A DNA stretch of 46,899 nt. Origin: Eubacteriales bacterium (GTDB taxonomy: Bacteria > Bacillota > Clostridia > Oscillospirales > CAG-272). The notes beneath the pieces are model-generated. The model saw only the letters and a list, made by a program, of their open reading frames with translations. It searched no databases and was not told the DNA's origin. Position 1 is the first letter of the stretch; each line of letters begins with the position of its first letter. The stretch covers positions 1 through 46,899 of the forward strand of contig JAZRFR010000197.1 of the NCBI GenBank assembly GCA_045643785.1. The letters are read 5' to 3'. Shown here one piece after another: positions 1 to 9,800 of the stretch. A program made the translations under genes and the position numbers.

Positions 1-54
1 ACCTTCTTGAAAGCCTTCTCGCTTCGCTCGGTGCAAGATTTCTTTCAGCAAACA

Positions 55-177
55 TTGGGAAGTTCCTCTCTGGACTCTCTTCAAGAACTTTCAAAAAGGG
101 ATTATTTATCAATGTTTTTTGAAAGTTTTTGGAGATCCAAGAACCTTTTTTCAAAAAGGTTCTTGGCCGCCGGAGGC
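55..177. repeat. REP-like hairpin elements, head-to-head pair
   Basis: Perfect stem CCAAGAACCTTTTT (137-150)/AAAAAGGTTCTTGG (153-166); inverted repeat AACTTTCAAAAA (86-97)/TTTTTGAAAGTT (116-127); reverse complement of 116-170 resembles 1595-1648. Confidence 0.65.
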
Positions 178-257
178 CGCTCTCCCGCCCCCTCGATAAA
201 CCCAAATTTGAAATTATTCAGAATCCCATAAATTCCAAAAAGAAAGAAGTGATCCGC

Positions 258-1571
258 ATGAGTAACACCCGTTACTATCAACCCGAAATCGAGACCATGT
301 CGCAGGAGGAGATGAAGGCTCTGCAATCCGAGAAGCTCGTGAAGCAGGTTCGCCACATCTACGACAACGTCCCCTACTACCGCGCCAAGATGGAGCGCAA
401 GGGCGTGACCCCCGACGACATCCACAGCATCGACGACCTTCACAAGCTTCCCTTCATCTCCAAGGACGATCTCCGCGACCAGTACCCCACGGGCTTTCTG
501 GCCGTCCCCCAGTCGGAATGCGTCCGTATCCAGTCCACGTCGGGTACCACCGGCCGCCGTGTGGTGGCCTTCTACACCCAGCACGACGTGGATCTGTGGG
601 AGGATTGTTGCGCCCGCGCCATCATGGCGGTGGGCGGCACCAAGGAGGACGTCGTGCAGGTGGCCTACGGTTACGGTCTGTTTACGGGTGGCGCAGGTCT
701 TCACGGCGGCTCCCACAAGGTGGGCTCTCTGACCCTGCCCATGTCCTCGGGTAACACCGAGCGGCAGATCCAGTTCATGATGGATCTGGGATCCACCATT
801 CTCTGTTGCACCCCCTCCTACGCCGCTTATCTGGGCGAGTCCCTCAAGGAGCGCGGCTACAAGCCCGAGGATAACAAGCTCAAGGCCGGCATTTTCGGCG
901 CCGAGCCCTGGACCGAGGAAATGCGCCGCGACATTGAGAAGTCCCTGGGCATCAAGGCCTACGACATCTACGGTCTGACCGAGATCAGCGGCCCCGGCGT
1001 GGCCTTCGAGTGCGAGGCTCAGCACGGTATGCACATCAACGAGGATCACTTCGTCGCCGAGATCATCGACCCCGACACCGAGGAAGTCCTCCCCGAGGGT
1101 GAGAAGGGCGAACTGGTGTTCACCTGCCTCGATAAGGAAGCCTTCCCCATGGTGCGCTACCGCACCCGCGACATCTGCGTGCTGACCCGCGAGAAATGCT
1201 CCTGCGGCCGCACCCTCGTCCGCATGAGAAAGCCCATGGGGCGTTCCGACGACATGCTCATCATCCGCGGCGTCAACGTATTCCCCTCCCAGATCGAGAC
1301 CGTACTCCTGCAGGAGGGCTACGCGCCCAACTACTTCATCGAGGTGGATCGCGTGAACAACAACGACACCCTGGACATTTACGTAGAGCTCTCCGAGGAT
1401 CAGTTCTCGGATACCGTGAAGGCCATCACCGCCGCCGAGAAGTCCCTGGCGAACGCCATCAAGATCATGCTGGGCATCAACCCCGCCGTCCACCTGGTGC
1501 CCCCCAAGACCATCGCCCGCTCCGAGGGCAAGGCCGTCCGCGTGAGAGACAAGAGAAAGCTGCATGATTAA
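258..1571 (+). CDS. paaK: Phenylacetate--CoA ligase
   Basis: Motifs RIQSTSGTTG, YGYGLFTGG, YDIYGLTE, RYRTRD, GRSDDMLIIRGVNVFPSQIE; start set at ATG 258 (MSNTRYYQ) because the upstream ORF extension runs through the repeat. Confidence 0.93.
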   Translation: MSNTRYYQPEIETMSQEEMKALQSEKLVKQVRHIYDNVPYYRAKMERKGVTPDDIHSIDDLHKLPFISKDDLRDQYPTGFLAVPQSECVRIQSTSGTTGRRVVAFYTQHDVDLWEDCCARAIMAVGGTKEDVVQVAYGYGLFTGGAGLHGGSHKVGSLTLPMSSGNTERQIQFMMDLGSTILCCTPSYAAYLGESLKERGYKPEDNKLKAGIFGAEPWTEEMRRDIEKSLGIKAYDIYGLTEISGPGVAFECEAQHGMHINEDHFVAEIIDPDTEEVLPEGEKGELVFTCLDKEAFPMVRYRTRDICVLTREKCSCGRTLVRMRKPMGRSDDMLIIRGVNVFPSQIETVLLQEGYAPNYFIEVDRVNNNDTLDIYVELSEDQFSDTVKAITAAEKSLANAIKIMLGINPAVHLVPPKTIARSEGKAVRVRDKRKLHD

Positions 1572-1651
1572 TTGGGGCGCCGCCCCAAACCCCGCTCAAG
1601 GAACTTTTTGAAAAAAGTTCCTTGAGAATCCTCAAAAACTTTCAACAAGGG
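1572..1651 (+). repeat. REP-like hairpin element
   Basis: TTGGGGC-gcc-GCCCCAA (1572-1588), then perfect stem CTCAAGGAACTTTT (1595-1608)/AAAAGTTCCTTGAG (1613-1626) and tail CAAAAACTTTCAA shared with the upstream copy. Confidence 0.7.
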
Positions 1652-1704
1652 AATTGATATGACATAAAATCCCCCAACCAATGCAACAGGAGGAAATATA
1701 GTTT

Positions 1705-2142
1705 ATGGCACTGAAGCAAATTTCGGTATTCGTAGCGAACCAAACAGGCGCTTTGGAGACGCTGGTGAACATTTTGGCCGAGGCAGGCGTGGATATGCGC
1801 GCCATGTCCATCGCCGACACCCAGGAGTTCGGCATCATGCGCATGATCGTCAAGGGCAACACCAAGGCCACCGCCGCTCTCCGCGAGGCAGGTTATCTCG
1901 TCAACGTCAGCTACGTCACCGCCGTAGAGATCCCCGACGAGCCGGGCGGACTCGCCAAGGTGGTCAGCATTCTGGCCAGCCACGGCGTGGGCATTGAGTA
2001 CACCTACGCCTTCATGACCCGCTCCCACGGCAAGGCCTGCGTGGTCTTCCGCGTGGAGGACAACGAGGCCGCCGAGAACATTCTCGCCGAGCACGGCATC
2101 GTTACCCTGAGCCACCTGGTGGCCGAGGACGCGCCGCTGTAA
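1705..2142 (+). CDS. ACT domain-containing protein (two ACT repeats)
   Basis: KQISVF..N..G.L and EIPDEPGGLAKV...IEYTYAF pattern; commonly found next to paaK; AGGAGG RBS. Confidence 0.88.
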   Translation: MALKQISVFVANQTGALETLVNILAEAGVDMRAMSIADTQEFGIMRMIVKGNTKATAALREAGYLVNVSYVTAVEIPDEPGGLAKVVSILASHGVGIEYTYAFMTRSHGKACVVFRVEDNEAAENILAEHGIVTLSHLVAEDAPL

Positions 2143-2154
2143 AACCCATACCCC

Positions 2155-2189
2155 AAAGGGCTGTTTCCAGTAAAAAACAGCCCTTTTTT
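2155..2189 (+). terminator. Intrinsic terminator of paaK-ACT
   Basis: AAAGGGCTGTTT/AAACAGCCCTTT stem running into a T-tract just after the ACT stop. Confidence 0.8.
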
Positions 2190-2222
2190 GCCCCATTCGG
2201 TGACGAAATCCGCCGCATTCTC

Positions 2223-2251
2223 TTGACAAAACCCGACGGGTGTTGTATAAT
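2223..2251 (+). promoter_or_regulatory. Sigma-A promoter for mscL
   Basis: TTGACA (2223-2228), 17 bp, TATAAT (2246-2251): perfect consensus. Confidence 0.85.
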
Positions 2252-2304
2252 GAAGTCACATCGAATCGCTCCCGCCGAGCGAAATCAAGCCAAAGGAGAT
2301 CCCC

Positions 2305-2919
2305 ATGAAGAAATTTTTTGCTGAATTCAAGAAATTCATCACCCGCGGCAACGTCATGGATATGGCCGTCGGTGTCATTATCGGCGGCGCATTCACCGCC
2401 ATCGTCAACGGTTTGAGTAATTTCATTCTCAAGCCCCTCATCAACTACCTGCTGGCGATTCTGCTGGGCAAGGACTCCCTGGCAGGGATCCACACCATGC
2501 TACTCCCCGCCTACACCACCGACGAGGCCGGTATACAGACGCTGGATCTGGCCAACTCCATTTACATTGACTGGGGCTCCTTCATCAACGCCGTCATCAA
2601 CTTCTTCCTGATCGCGCTGGTGCTGTTCTGCATCGTCCGCATTTTCAACCGCGTGCGTGAAAACCAAAAGGAGGCCATTGCCAAGGCCAAGAAGAACAAG
2701 CCCACCAAGGAAGAGCGTAAGGCCATGAAGTCCGCCGGCATCAAGCTCCGCGACAAGGCCGCCGTTGCCGCCTGGTACGCCGCCAAGGCCGAAAAGGAAG
2801 CCGCCGAGGCTGCTGCTGCCGCTACCGCCGCCGAAGAGCAGGCTCGTCTGGATCGACTGGCCAACCCCACCACCGAGGATCTTTTGAAGGCTATTCTGGC
2901 TGAACTGAAGAAGGATTGA
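2305..2919 (+). CDS. mscL: Large-conductance mechanosensitive channel, extended form
   Basis: FFAEFKKFITRGNVMDMAVGVIIGGAFTAIV and WGSFINAVINFFLIA; C-terminal EDLLKAILAELK. Confidence 0.93.
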   Translation: MKKFFAEFKKFITRGNVMDMAVGVIIGGAFTAIVNGLSNFILKPLINYLLAILLGKDSLAGIHTMLLPAYTTDEAGIQTLDLANSIYIDWGSFINAVINFFLIALVLFCIVRIFNRVRENQKEAIAKAKKNKPTKEERKAMKSAGIKLRDKAAVAAWYAAKAEKEAAEAAAAATAAEEQARLDRLANPTTEDLLKAILAELKKD

Positions 2920-2934
2920 GTCAAAACATACAAT

Positions 2935-2974
2935 ACGCCCTCTCCGCGTTAACCGCAGAGAGGGCGTTGTTTTC
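2935..2974. terminator. Terminator between convergent mscL and MATE genes
   Basis: ACGCCCTCTC (2935-2944)/GAGAGGGCGT (2958-2967) stem followed by TGTTTT. Confidence 0.75.
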
Positions 2975-2980
2975 TGTTTG

Positions 2981-4378
2981 TTACTGCTTGATACGCTTGG
3001 TCTTCCACTTACCGATCTTATAGAAAATGGCGGTCAACACAGCGCCGATGCACCAGGAAGCCAGCAGAGAGATCTGGATGCATTCCTTCATGCCGCCGGC
3101 GGGGTCGCCGAAGCCGGAGGTCACCCACGCGATGCCGTAGGCCACGGGCACACGGATGGCCACGGTGGTCGCAAGGGAGATCCACATGGGAGTCATGGTG
3201 TCACCCGCGCCGCGCATAATGCCCGACAGGCTCTGGGTCACGGCCATAGCAATGTAGCCTACGGCCAGGATCATCATGAGTCGGTAGCTCAGATCCACCA
3301 GGTCCGAGGTGTCGGTAAAGAGCTGCATGAGATATTTTCCAAAGAACAGAATGAGTACCGTGATGGCGGCAGAGCAACCCACGGCCATAGCCAGACCCTG
3401 CTTGGCGCCCTTGGTCACGCGGTCATAGAGTCCTGCACCCACGTTCTGTCCGGCGTAGGTGGTCAGGGCTGTACCGAAGGAGAAGTTGGGCATCATGGCA
3501 AAGCCGTCCACACGCATAATGACTACGTTGGCGGCGATAAACGTCTCGCCGAACTGGTTGGTCAGAGACTGCACGACGATCATAGCCGAGGAGAAGATGG
3601 CCTGGGTCAGACCCGAGGGGAGGCCGAGACGAACCAGGGTCTTGATATAATCAGCGCGGGGGCGCATGAATTTGATGCCGAAGTCGTAGTCCCTTCGCAT
3701 GAGCGCCAATTTGATCATACACAGGACGGAAGAAACGATCTGGGCAATGATGGTTGCCAACGCAACGCCTGCTACGCCCATATTCACAACGGCCACGAAT
3801 ACGATGTCCAGGACGATGTTGATCGCCGTCGCGATCAGCAAAAAGATCAACGGCCAGACCGAGTCGCCCATACCGCGGAGAATACCGCTGAGAATGTTGT
3901 AATAGGCCAGTCCCGCAATACCCCACAGACAGATGGACAGGTAATCCACGCACCATTCCAGAATGGATTCGGGCGTATTCAGGGCAACCAGAACCGGACG
4001 AATAAAGGGCGTCGCCACCAGGATCAAAGCGATGCAGGAAATGGCGGTAGCGGTGATGCAGTTGCCGATGGTGTGGGACAGACTCTCTCGGTTTTTGGCG
4101 CCGAAATACTGGGACACCATGATGCTGGCGCCCGCCGAAATACCGATGAACAGCACCAGAAGCATATTCACGATGGGGCCGCAGGAGCCTACCGCCGCCA
4201 GGGCGTTGTCGCCGATGTACTTGCCGACCACGATGGAGTCCACCGTGTTGTACAGCTGTTGGGCAATGTTACCGATGAGCATGGGGAGCGTGAAGGACAG
4301 GATGCACTTCCAGGGCGTTCCTACCGTCATGTCTCCTCGCCCAAATTGAATCTTTGGTTTGTTTTTTGTTTCGATCAC
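2981..4378 (-). CDS. MATE family efflux transporter
   Basis: PMLIGNIAQQLYNTVDSIVVG, LRGMGDS and MRGAGDT motifs, many hydrophobic helices; GTG at 4378 preceded by GAAAGAGG. Confidence 0.92.
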   Translation of the reverse strand: MIETKNKPKIQFGRGDMTVGTPWKCILSFTLPMLIGNIAQQLYNTVDSIVVGKYIGDNALAAVGSCGPIVNMLLVLFIGISAGASIMVSQYFGAKNRESLSHTIGNCITATAISCIALILVATPFIRPVLVALNTPESILEWCVDYLSICLWGIAGLAYYNILSGILRGMGDSVWPLIFLLIATAINIVLDIVFVAVVNMGVAGVALATIIAQIVSSVLCMIKLALMRRDYDFGIKFMRPRADYIKTLVRLGLPSGLTQAIFSSAMIVVQSLTNQFGETFIAANVVIMRVDGFAMMPNFSFGTALTTYAGQNVGAGLYDRVTKGAKQGLAMAVGCSAAITVLILFFGKYLMQLFTDTSDLVDLSYRLMMILAVGYIAMAVTQSLSGIMRGAGDTMTPMWISLATTVAIRVPVAYGIAWVTSGFGDPAGGMKECIQISLLASWCIGAVLTAIFYKIGKWKTKRIKQ

Positions 4379-4412
4379 GTTTCTACCTCTTTCGCGCGTT
4401 TCGTCAGTATAC

Positions 4413-4441
4413 AGTATACCATAAATTTTTCGGAAAAGCAA
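4413..4441 (-). promoter_or_regulatory. Sigma-A promoter for the MATE gene
   Basis: Minus strand: TTGCTT, 17 bp, TATACT with extended TG. Confidence 0.6.
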
Positions 4442-4474
4442 GATATTTCCCGTAAAAAATCCGCGCATGCACCC

Positions 4475-4512
4475 AAAAAGAACTTCTCCGACAAAAACGG
4501 AGAAGTTCTTTT
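4475..4512 (-). terminator. Terminator after the LRR gene (3' end of the surface locus)
   Basis: 15-bp perfect inverted repeat AAAAGAACTTCTCCG/CGGAGAAGTTCTTTT. Confidence 0.8.
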
Positions 4513-4567
4513 CATGTTTTGGCGCTTTGCGCGATATTACGCGTACCATTGCGCGCGTTTTCCGCGG

Positions 4568-6613
4568 TCACGCTTCGGATTCGGTTTCTTCGGCTTCGAT
4601 GGTTTCCGCGGTTCCGACGGTTTCTTCGGTTCCAACGATTTCCTCGGTTTCGGCGGTCCCCGCGGTTTCCACGGTTTCGTCAGTTTCGGCGGTTTCCGCG
4701 GTACCCGCGGTACCCGCGGTTTCCACGCTTCCGACGGGTGCGACGGCACCTGCGGTTCCGGCGGCTCCGGCAAGAACCAGATCCTCGTAATCTTCCATAT
4801 TGGGAACGTATCCGTGCTTGAGACGGTTGCGATTCCATATCGCCATCACCGTACCCACGGCAATGATGCACACAGCCAGCACGGCCAGCATGATCCATGT
4901 GACCTGGGCGGCGTTCAATCCCCAAGAGGATTCGTGCCCCGTGATCACGTAGTCGATCTTCTGCAGGCGATCCACAGCGTTACCGTAATGGGGGAGTAAT
5001 TCGTCCGGAATGATGGCGTCATCCGCACTCTCTCCCGGCACGTTGACGCCGACGACGTACTCGGTGTCCTTGTTCACCGAGGCCAGATAGAAGTGGGCGT
5101 TGCCGCTCTGATCCACGACCGTCGCCTGCAGGCGGGTCAGGGTTCCGTCCGACTCAACCTGGTACAGGTAGGCGTTGGAGTGGGCGGGGATCTGGGGGAG
5201 TTGGATCAAAATCTCGCTATTAACCGATGCAGACTCGTTGAAGGTCACGCTGAAGCAATCCTCCGTTCCCAGAGTCTCTGCGCGGTCTGCGGGGGCTTCC
5301 CCCACGTTGTAGGAGTAGTCGTATTGTCCCGACAGCTCGTTCTTTTGCAATTCCTCACATTCCATGCGGGTTTCCGAGCCATTCTGGGTAACCACGGTCA
5401 GCTTCACGTCACGGCCTGCCATATCCTCTACCAGAGAGGGATCTACGCCGCCGGGTGTCTGCACGTACACCGTCAGGGAAACGGTTTCCGTAGAAGCGCG
5501 ATCGCCGGAAAAGCTGTCGGTAAACTCCTTCAATGTCGTATTGATGGAGTCTTTCGCCTGCTCCCATCCGGCTTCGCCGCTCACGGTCACGGTTACTTCC
5601 GCTTTGTAGGAATCCTGCACGGTATCAGCCGAGGTTTCGTCGCTGATATCGTAGGTGTGCTTGACGACCGTGATCACGGTCAAGTCTGCGCTCTCTGTAA
5701 CCGTCGTATTCTGCTGGGTCGCCGTTCCGTTTCCATGCTCGGTAAACGTACCGACCGACGTGGAATCCATGGGCGGGGATGAGGTAATGACACCGATCTG
5801 CTGTTCAAACAGAGGAACTTCCTTTTCCAGGCTGGCTTGGATCTCCTGTTTCTTTTCCTCTGTACCGTCGAAGTAGACGGTTTCCAGAACGTCACAGTTC
5901 TTGAAAGCGTAATCCTCCAAGGCGCCAACGCTGTCGGGAAGGATCACCACCGACAGATTCTCACAACCGTAGAAGGTCCACTCGGGGAGAGATCCCAGGC
6001 GGGCCGACACTTCCGCGCGGATCAGGCTCTTGCAGTACGCAAAGGCCGAGGCGCCCAGAACCGACAGGTAGGGGGGAATGGTTACGCTGACCAGAGACTC
6101 ACAGCGGTAGAACGCCTGGTTGCCCAGGGTTTGCAGACCCTGCGGCAGAGTCATGGCCTTGAGTTTGTAGCAGTTTCGGAAGGCGGCCGAGTCGATAACG
6201 GCCAGCGAACTGCCAAAGCGGACGGATTCCAGATTCTCACAATCGGCAAAGGCATAACTGCCAATGCGGGTCACGGAGTCGGGAATGTAGACAGCTTTCA
6301 GATTCTTACATTGATAGAAGGCAAGAGAGGAGATGCTTTTCAGTCCCTCGGGGAGTACGACGCGGTAGATCTGATCGCGAAATTCGTGCCAGGGGGGCAT
6401 GTCCAGCTCGTTATAAAGCGTCATGCTTCCCTGCCCCGAGATGGTCAGCGTACCGCCGGACAGGCTCCATACGAGCCCGTCTCCGCAGGTACCGCTCTCG
6501 GCGGCGGAGGTCGAAACTGAAAGAGAAGGCACCAGCAGAGCCGAGAGGAGCAGGGTTGCCAGAACAAGGGCAACGCTGCGCCGGATATTTAGTTTTTTGG
6601 TGGGTCGGCGCAT
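4568..6613 (-). CDS. BspA-like leucine-rich-repeat (LRR_5) membrane-anchored surface protein
   Basis: Signal peptide; cap TCGDGLVWSLSGGTLTISGQG; repeats such as IPDSVTRIGSYAFADCENLESV; C-terminal TM and T/E/A-rich tail. Confidence 0.85.
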   Translation of the reverse strand: MRRPTKKLNIRRSVALVLATLLLSALLVPSLSVSTSAAESGTCGDGLVWSLSGGTLTISGQGSMTLYNELDMPPWHEFRDQIYRVVLPEGLKSISSLAFYQCKNLKAVYIPDSVTRIGSYAFADCENLESVRFGSSLAVIDSAAFRNCYKLKAMTLPQGLQTLGNQAFYRCESLVSVTIPPYLSVLGASAFAYCKSLIRAEVSARLGSLPEWTFYGCENLSVVILPDSVGALEDYAFKNCDVLETVYFDGTEEKKQEIQASLEKEVPLFEQQIGVITSSPPMDSTSVGTFTEHGNGTATQQNTTVTESADLTVITVVKHTYDISDETSADTVQDSYKAEVTVTVSGEAGWEQAKDSINTTLKEFTDSFSGDRASTETVSLTVYVQTPGGVDPSLVEDMAGRDVKLTVVTQNGSETRMECEELQKNELSGQYDYSYNVGEAPADRAETLGTEDCFSVTFNESASVNSEILIQLPQIPAHSNAYLYQVESDGTLTRLQATVVDQSGNAHFYLASVNKDTEYVVGVNVPGESADDAIIPDELLPHYGNAVDRLQKIDYVITGHESSWGLNAAQVTWIMLAVLAVCIIAVGTVMAIWNRNRLKHGYVPNMEDYEDLVLAGAAGTAGAVAPVGSVETAGTAGTAETAETDETVETAGTAETEEIVGTEETVGTAETIEAEETESEA
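4590..4770 (-). repeat. Degenerate 9-bp tandem repeat encoding TAE/TAG/TVE tripeptides
   Basis: Recurring CGGTTTCCG-like units in the tail of the LRR gene. Confidence 0.75.
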
Positions 6614-6693
6614 GTGGGCCTCCTTTAGAGATTTAGGGATTTATGGGGAGAGGTGTATTCCGTGCCTACAACGTGACACCGTATCACCAAATA

Positions 6694-6797
6694 TGGATTT
6701 TGAATTGTTGTCGCCCTAAGTCCACCTCTCAAGGTGGACAATAAGAGCGACAACACAAATCGTCCAAAAGTTTTCGTTGCCGGTAAGACGAAAGCTT
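6694..6797. other. Intergenic double stem-loop
   Basis: TGTTGTCGC (6706-6714)/GCGACAACA (6747-6755) enclosing GTCCACCT/AGGTGGAC; second stem AAGTTTTCGT/ACGAAAGCTT (6768-6797). Confidence 0.55.
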
Positions 6798-6858
6798 TAT
6801 AAACGAGAAGGAAAGCCAGAATCAATGACGCGCAATTCTATTACAAGCCATTTACACA

Positions 6859-9800
6859 TTAATTTGTCGCACTAGATGTTGTCTCATAATTCGTAACACT
6901 ATCAACTTTACTTCCCTTTTCAGCCCGGTAACCTGTAGACGTCTCACCTGTTGCTGTAAATGTCACCACGGTCCTCGTTACTGTAGTGGTGGTGGTTGTC
7001 TTAGTTCCGTGCGTTTCTTTAATAACCGCAGTTATCGTTTGATTTCCACTAACGGTAATCGTTTCGCCAGGACTGTATTGCTTACCACCAACCTTCCACC
7101 CCACGATTTCCTTTGTTACCAAATATTGTGTTTCTGTGCCAGTAGAAGTATAGACTTTTGTATTGCGATTATAATACGTGTATGTTGTCCTTCCCCAGGA
7201 GGCAGATTTCGTTGTATAAACAATGTCCGTTGTATCGCTCGTCAAAGTTTCTGTTCCAGGTACCGTATCAGTTTTATCATACGACCAACTATTAATAACA
7301 GGCAACGTCAAAGTAATCGTCTCGCCATCCTCACTATACACTCTCGAAGGAGTCGTACCCGTAAAGGTAGAATCGTTCACCTTGAAGTCTGCATACGGAG
7401 GATACTGCGGGTTGTTAATCGTAACATCTTTGCTCAAATCAACCGTAAACGTCATGCCATTGAAGACAACAGTTATAGTACCAACAGTTTGTTTTCCCGC
7501 GGGATAGAATTTCGGCCAGGTATCGACGCTAGCGCCCAAACCTAGAAGGCCTTCGTTAAACACACCATTCGTACCGGCGCCAATTGTAGCAGACGCCGTT
7601 GTTCCTCCTGCTGCAAAAGCAAAGGTGCTACTCGTATTATTCCCACTCGGGAACACCATCGTTACACCGCTATGCGTGGCAGGTATGCCCAAAAGGCTCA
7701 AAGTAACCGTTGGATATTTAATCTGAACCTGTTCCTGATCAAGCGAGCCGCTTTGTGCAGAAACATACATATAGACGACCGCATTATAATCATCAATCTT
7801 CTTGTTGTACGAACCAGTGATAACCTTCAAACTACTCGGGGTGGAAGAAAGATAATATCTGTCCGTCGAAGCGTTGCTACTCACACTGGAAATAATTACC
7901 GTCGGAGCCTTCGAACTTACCGTAAACACCGGCGCATTCGCAGGCAACGCCTTGGCACTTTGCACCGTCGAATCATTGGTATACGTATACGTAGTACCGC
8001 TCACTTTAAAGCTCAGCGTGGTCATATAATTACCGGCGAACTTGATTGGTGCCGCGCCAGCCGTCCACTCGATGTTTGTAGCTTGCGATGCGTCACCCAA
8101 GAAGTACGCGCTTTGAACAAAGCGAGCATTGGTAGAATCAGGCGTCAACCGTACGCTAATAATCGCCCCCTCCGTAGCATTGCTCAGCGAATCACTCTTA
8201 TATCCGCCGTAGGCCACAGACGAGCCACTCACAAAAGTAAAGATCAACTGAACGTCGCTCACCAACAGGTTGCCCTTGTCATTCACCAGCGCAGCACCGG
8301 CAATATCCGCGATGTCCACGTACAAGTCACTGATCGTATAGCTCTGCATAAATGTACCCGTCACATTGCCGCTTGCATCCTTACCGAAGTTCTGGCTCTT
8401 GTTCTCTTCGAACTTGACCACCACCTGGCTCACGACCTTGGACACAATGTTCTTACCGGTCACGTCGATCTCCAGAGGACTTTCCTCGGTGTAAGGAACA
8501 CCGTCAGCCGAGAAGACATCCCACAGCTTCAGGGCAGTCAACTGCCAGTTGCCGTCCTGGTAGCCGGTGTTATCTTCGCCGGGAATCAAGAACTCCCACC
8601 GAGCGATGGAAACACCATTTTCCTCATACGTATTTTGTATACTGCCCTCGACCCATACACCCTCGGTTTCACCGGCTTTGACGATATACGCCATAACCTG
8701 TGCTGCCTCGGAGTTGGCAATATCAACGATCATTTTAGCATTATTGTTCGGAGCGTATTGGTAAGAAGTATCGTGATGCTTGTAATACGACGGCGGCTCG
8801 GGAGAAAGAACCGTAAACACGGGGGAGTCGGTGGCGCTGGTGATCACGTCATCACCCACCATCACGTTACCGAACTGCCAAATACCGGGACCGCCAACCT
8901 TGGCGATGGTAGAACCATCGGGAGCTTCATAGTCAACCATGGGGAATTCACCCACATAGTAGGTACCGTTCCAGGTCAGGGTGGCATCCATGGTCTTGGC
9001 GCCGGAGCCCTTCATACCGTAGGTCAGCTTCACGCCGTTGAGACCCGGCATTTCGTTACCTGCGTTATCCATGATCTTTACTTGCATAGCCAGTTTCTTC
9101 TGGTTATCCGTCATTTCGGAGGGCGCGTACAGGAACTTGTGCGGGCTGGTGGTATAGACCGTCACGCGCATACCCAAATATACGGTAGCCGTCTGCCGCT
9201 GCTCGGGGAGCAGTTCTACGTATTCACCGTCCAGAATCAGGTATTGCATGGTATAGTCACCCGACGTCAGGAAGGTTGCGCTTCCCGTCCACATCGTACT
9301 GGCCGGGCTGTAGGTAAAGTCAACGTTGACCGCAGAGCCGTCGATATCACGCAGGAATCGACCCTGTACCTTCTTGGGCATTTTGGTCACGTCATCCGAG
9401 GCGAATGCCAAGGACAGATTGACCGTATGGGATCCGCCTGCGGTCATGACCGTAACGTGGCGGTTCTCGTCGGCTTCTGTACAAGTCAGAGATTTGACGG
9501 TAAAGCCCTTCACAAGGATCCCGGGGCGCTCCGCCAGGTCGTATTCCACGCCGTCCAGACGGACGCTGCGCAGGATGTAGTTACCGGGCGCGGTGAAGGT
9601 GTAATTTGCCTTCCAGGTGCCGTCACCCTGTTTGGTAAACGTCATGGTTTCCTCGCGGGAACCCTGGGTCGAGTTGATGGCACGGAGGAAGAACGCGGTC
9701 ACGGTGTTGGGCTGAGAGCCCTGCACGTTAATGGTAACTTCCGTGGTGAGGTCAGCAGCGGACTGCGCGGTATCGTAGTCCATCTCGGTCTTACCTATCG

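Noticed and set aside
129-257. Longer N-termini from the ORF track (paaK 129, MATE 4549, major pilin 25597, HD-GYP 28510)
   Set aside because: The extensions cross repeats, promoters or hairpins; the downstream starts fit RBS position or family N-termini better.
4519-4821. Arg/Phe/Pro-rich short ORFs resembling antimicrobial peptides
   Set aside because: Alternative-frame readings of the 9-bp tandem repeat in the LRR gene tail.
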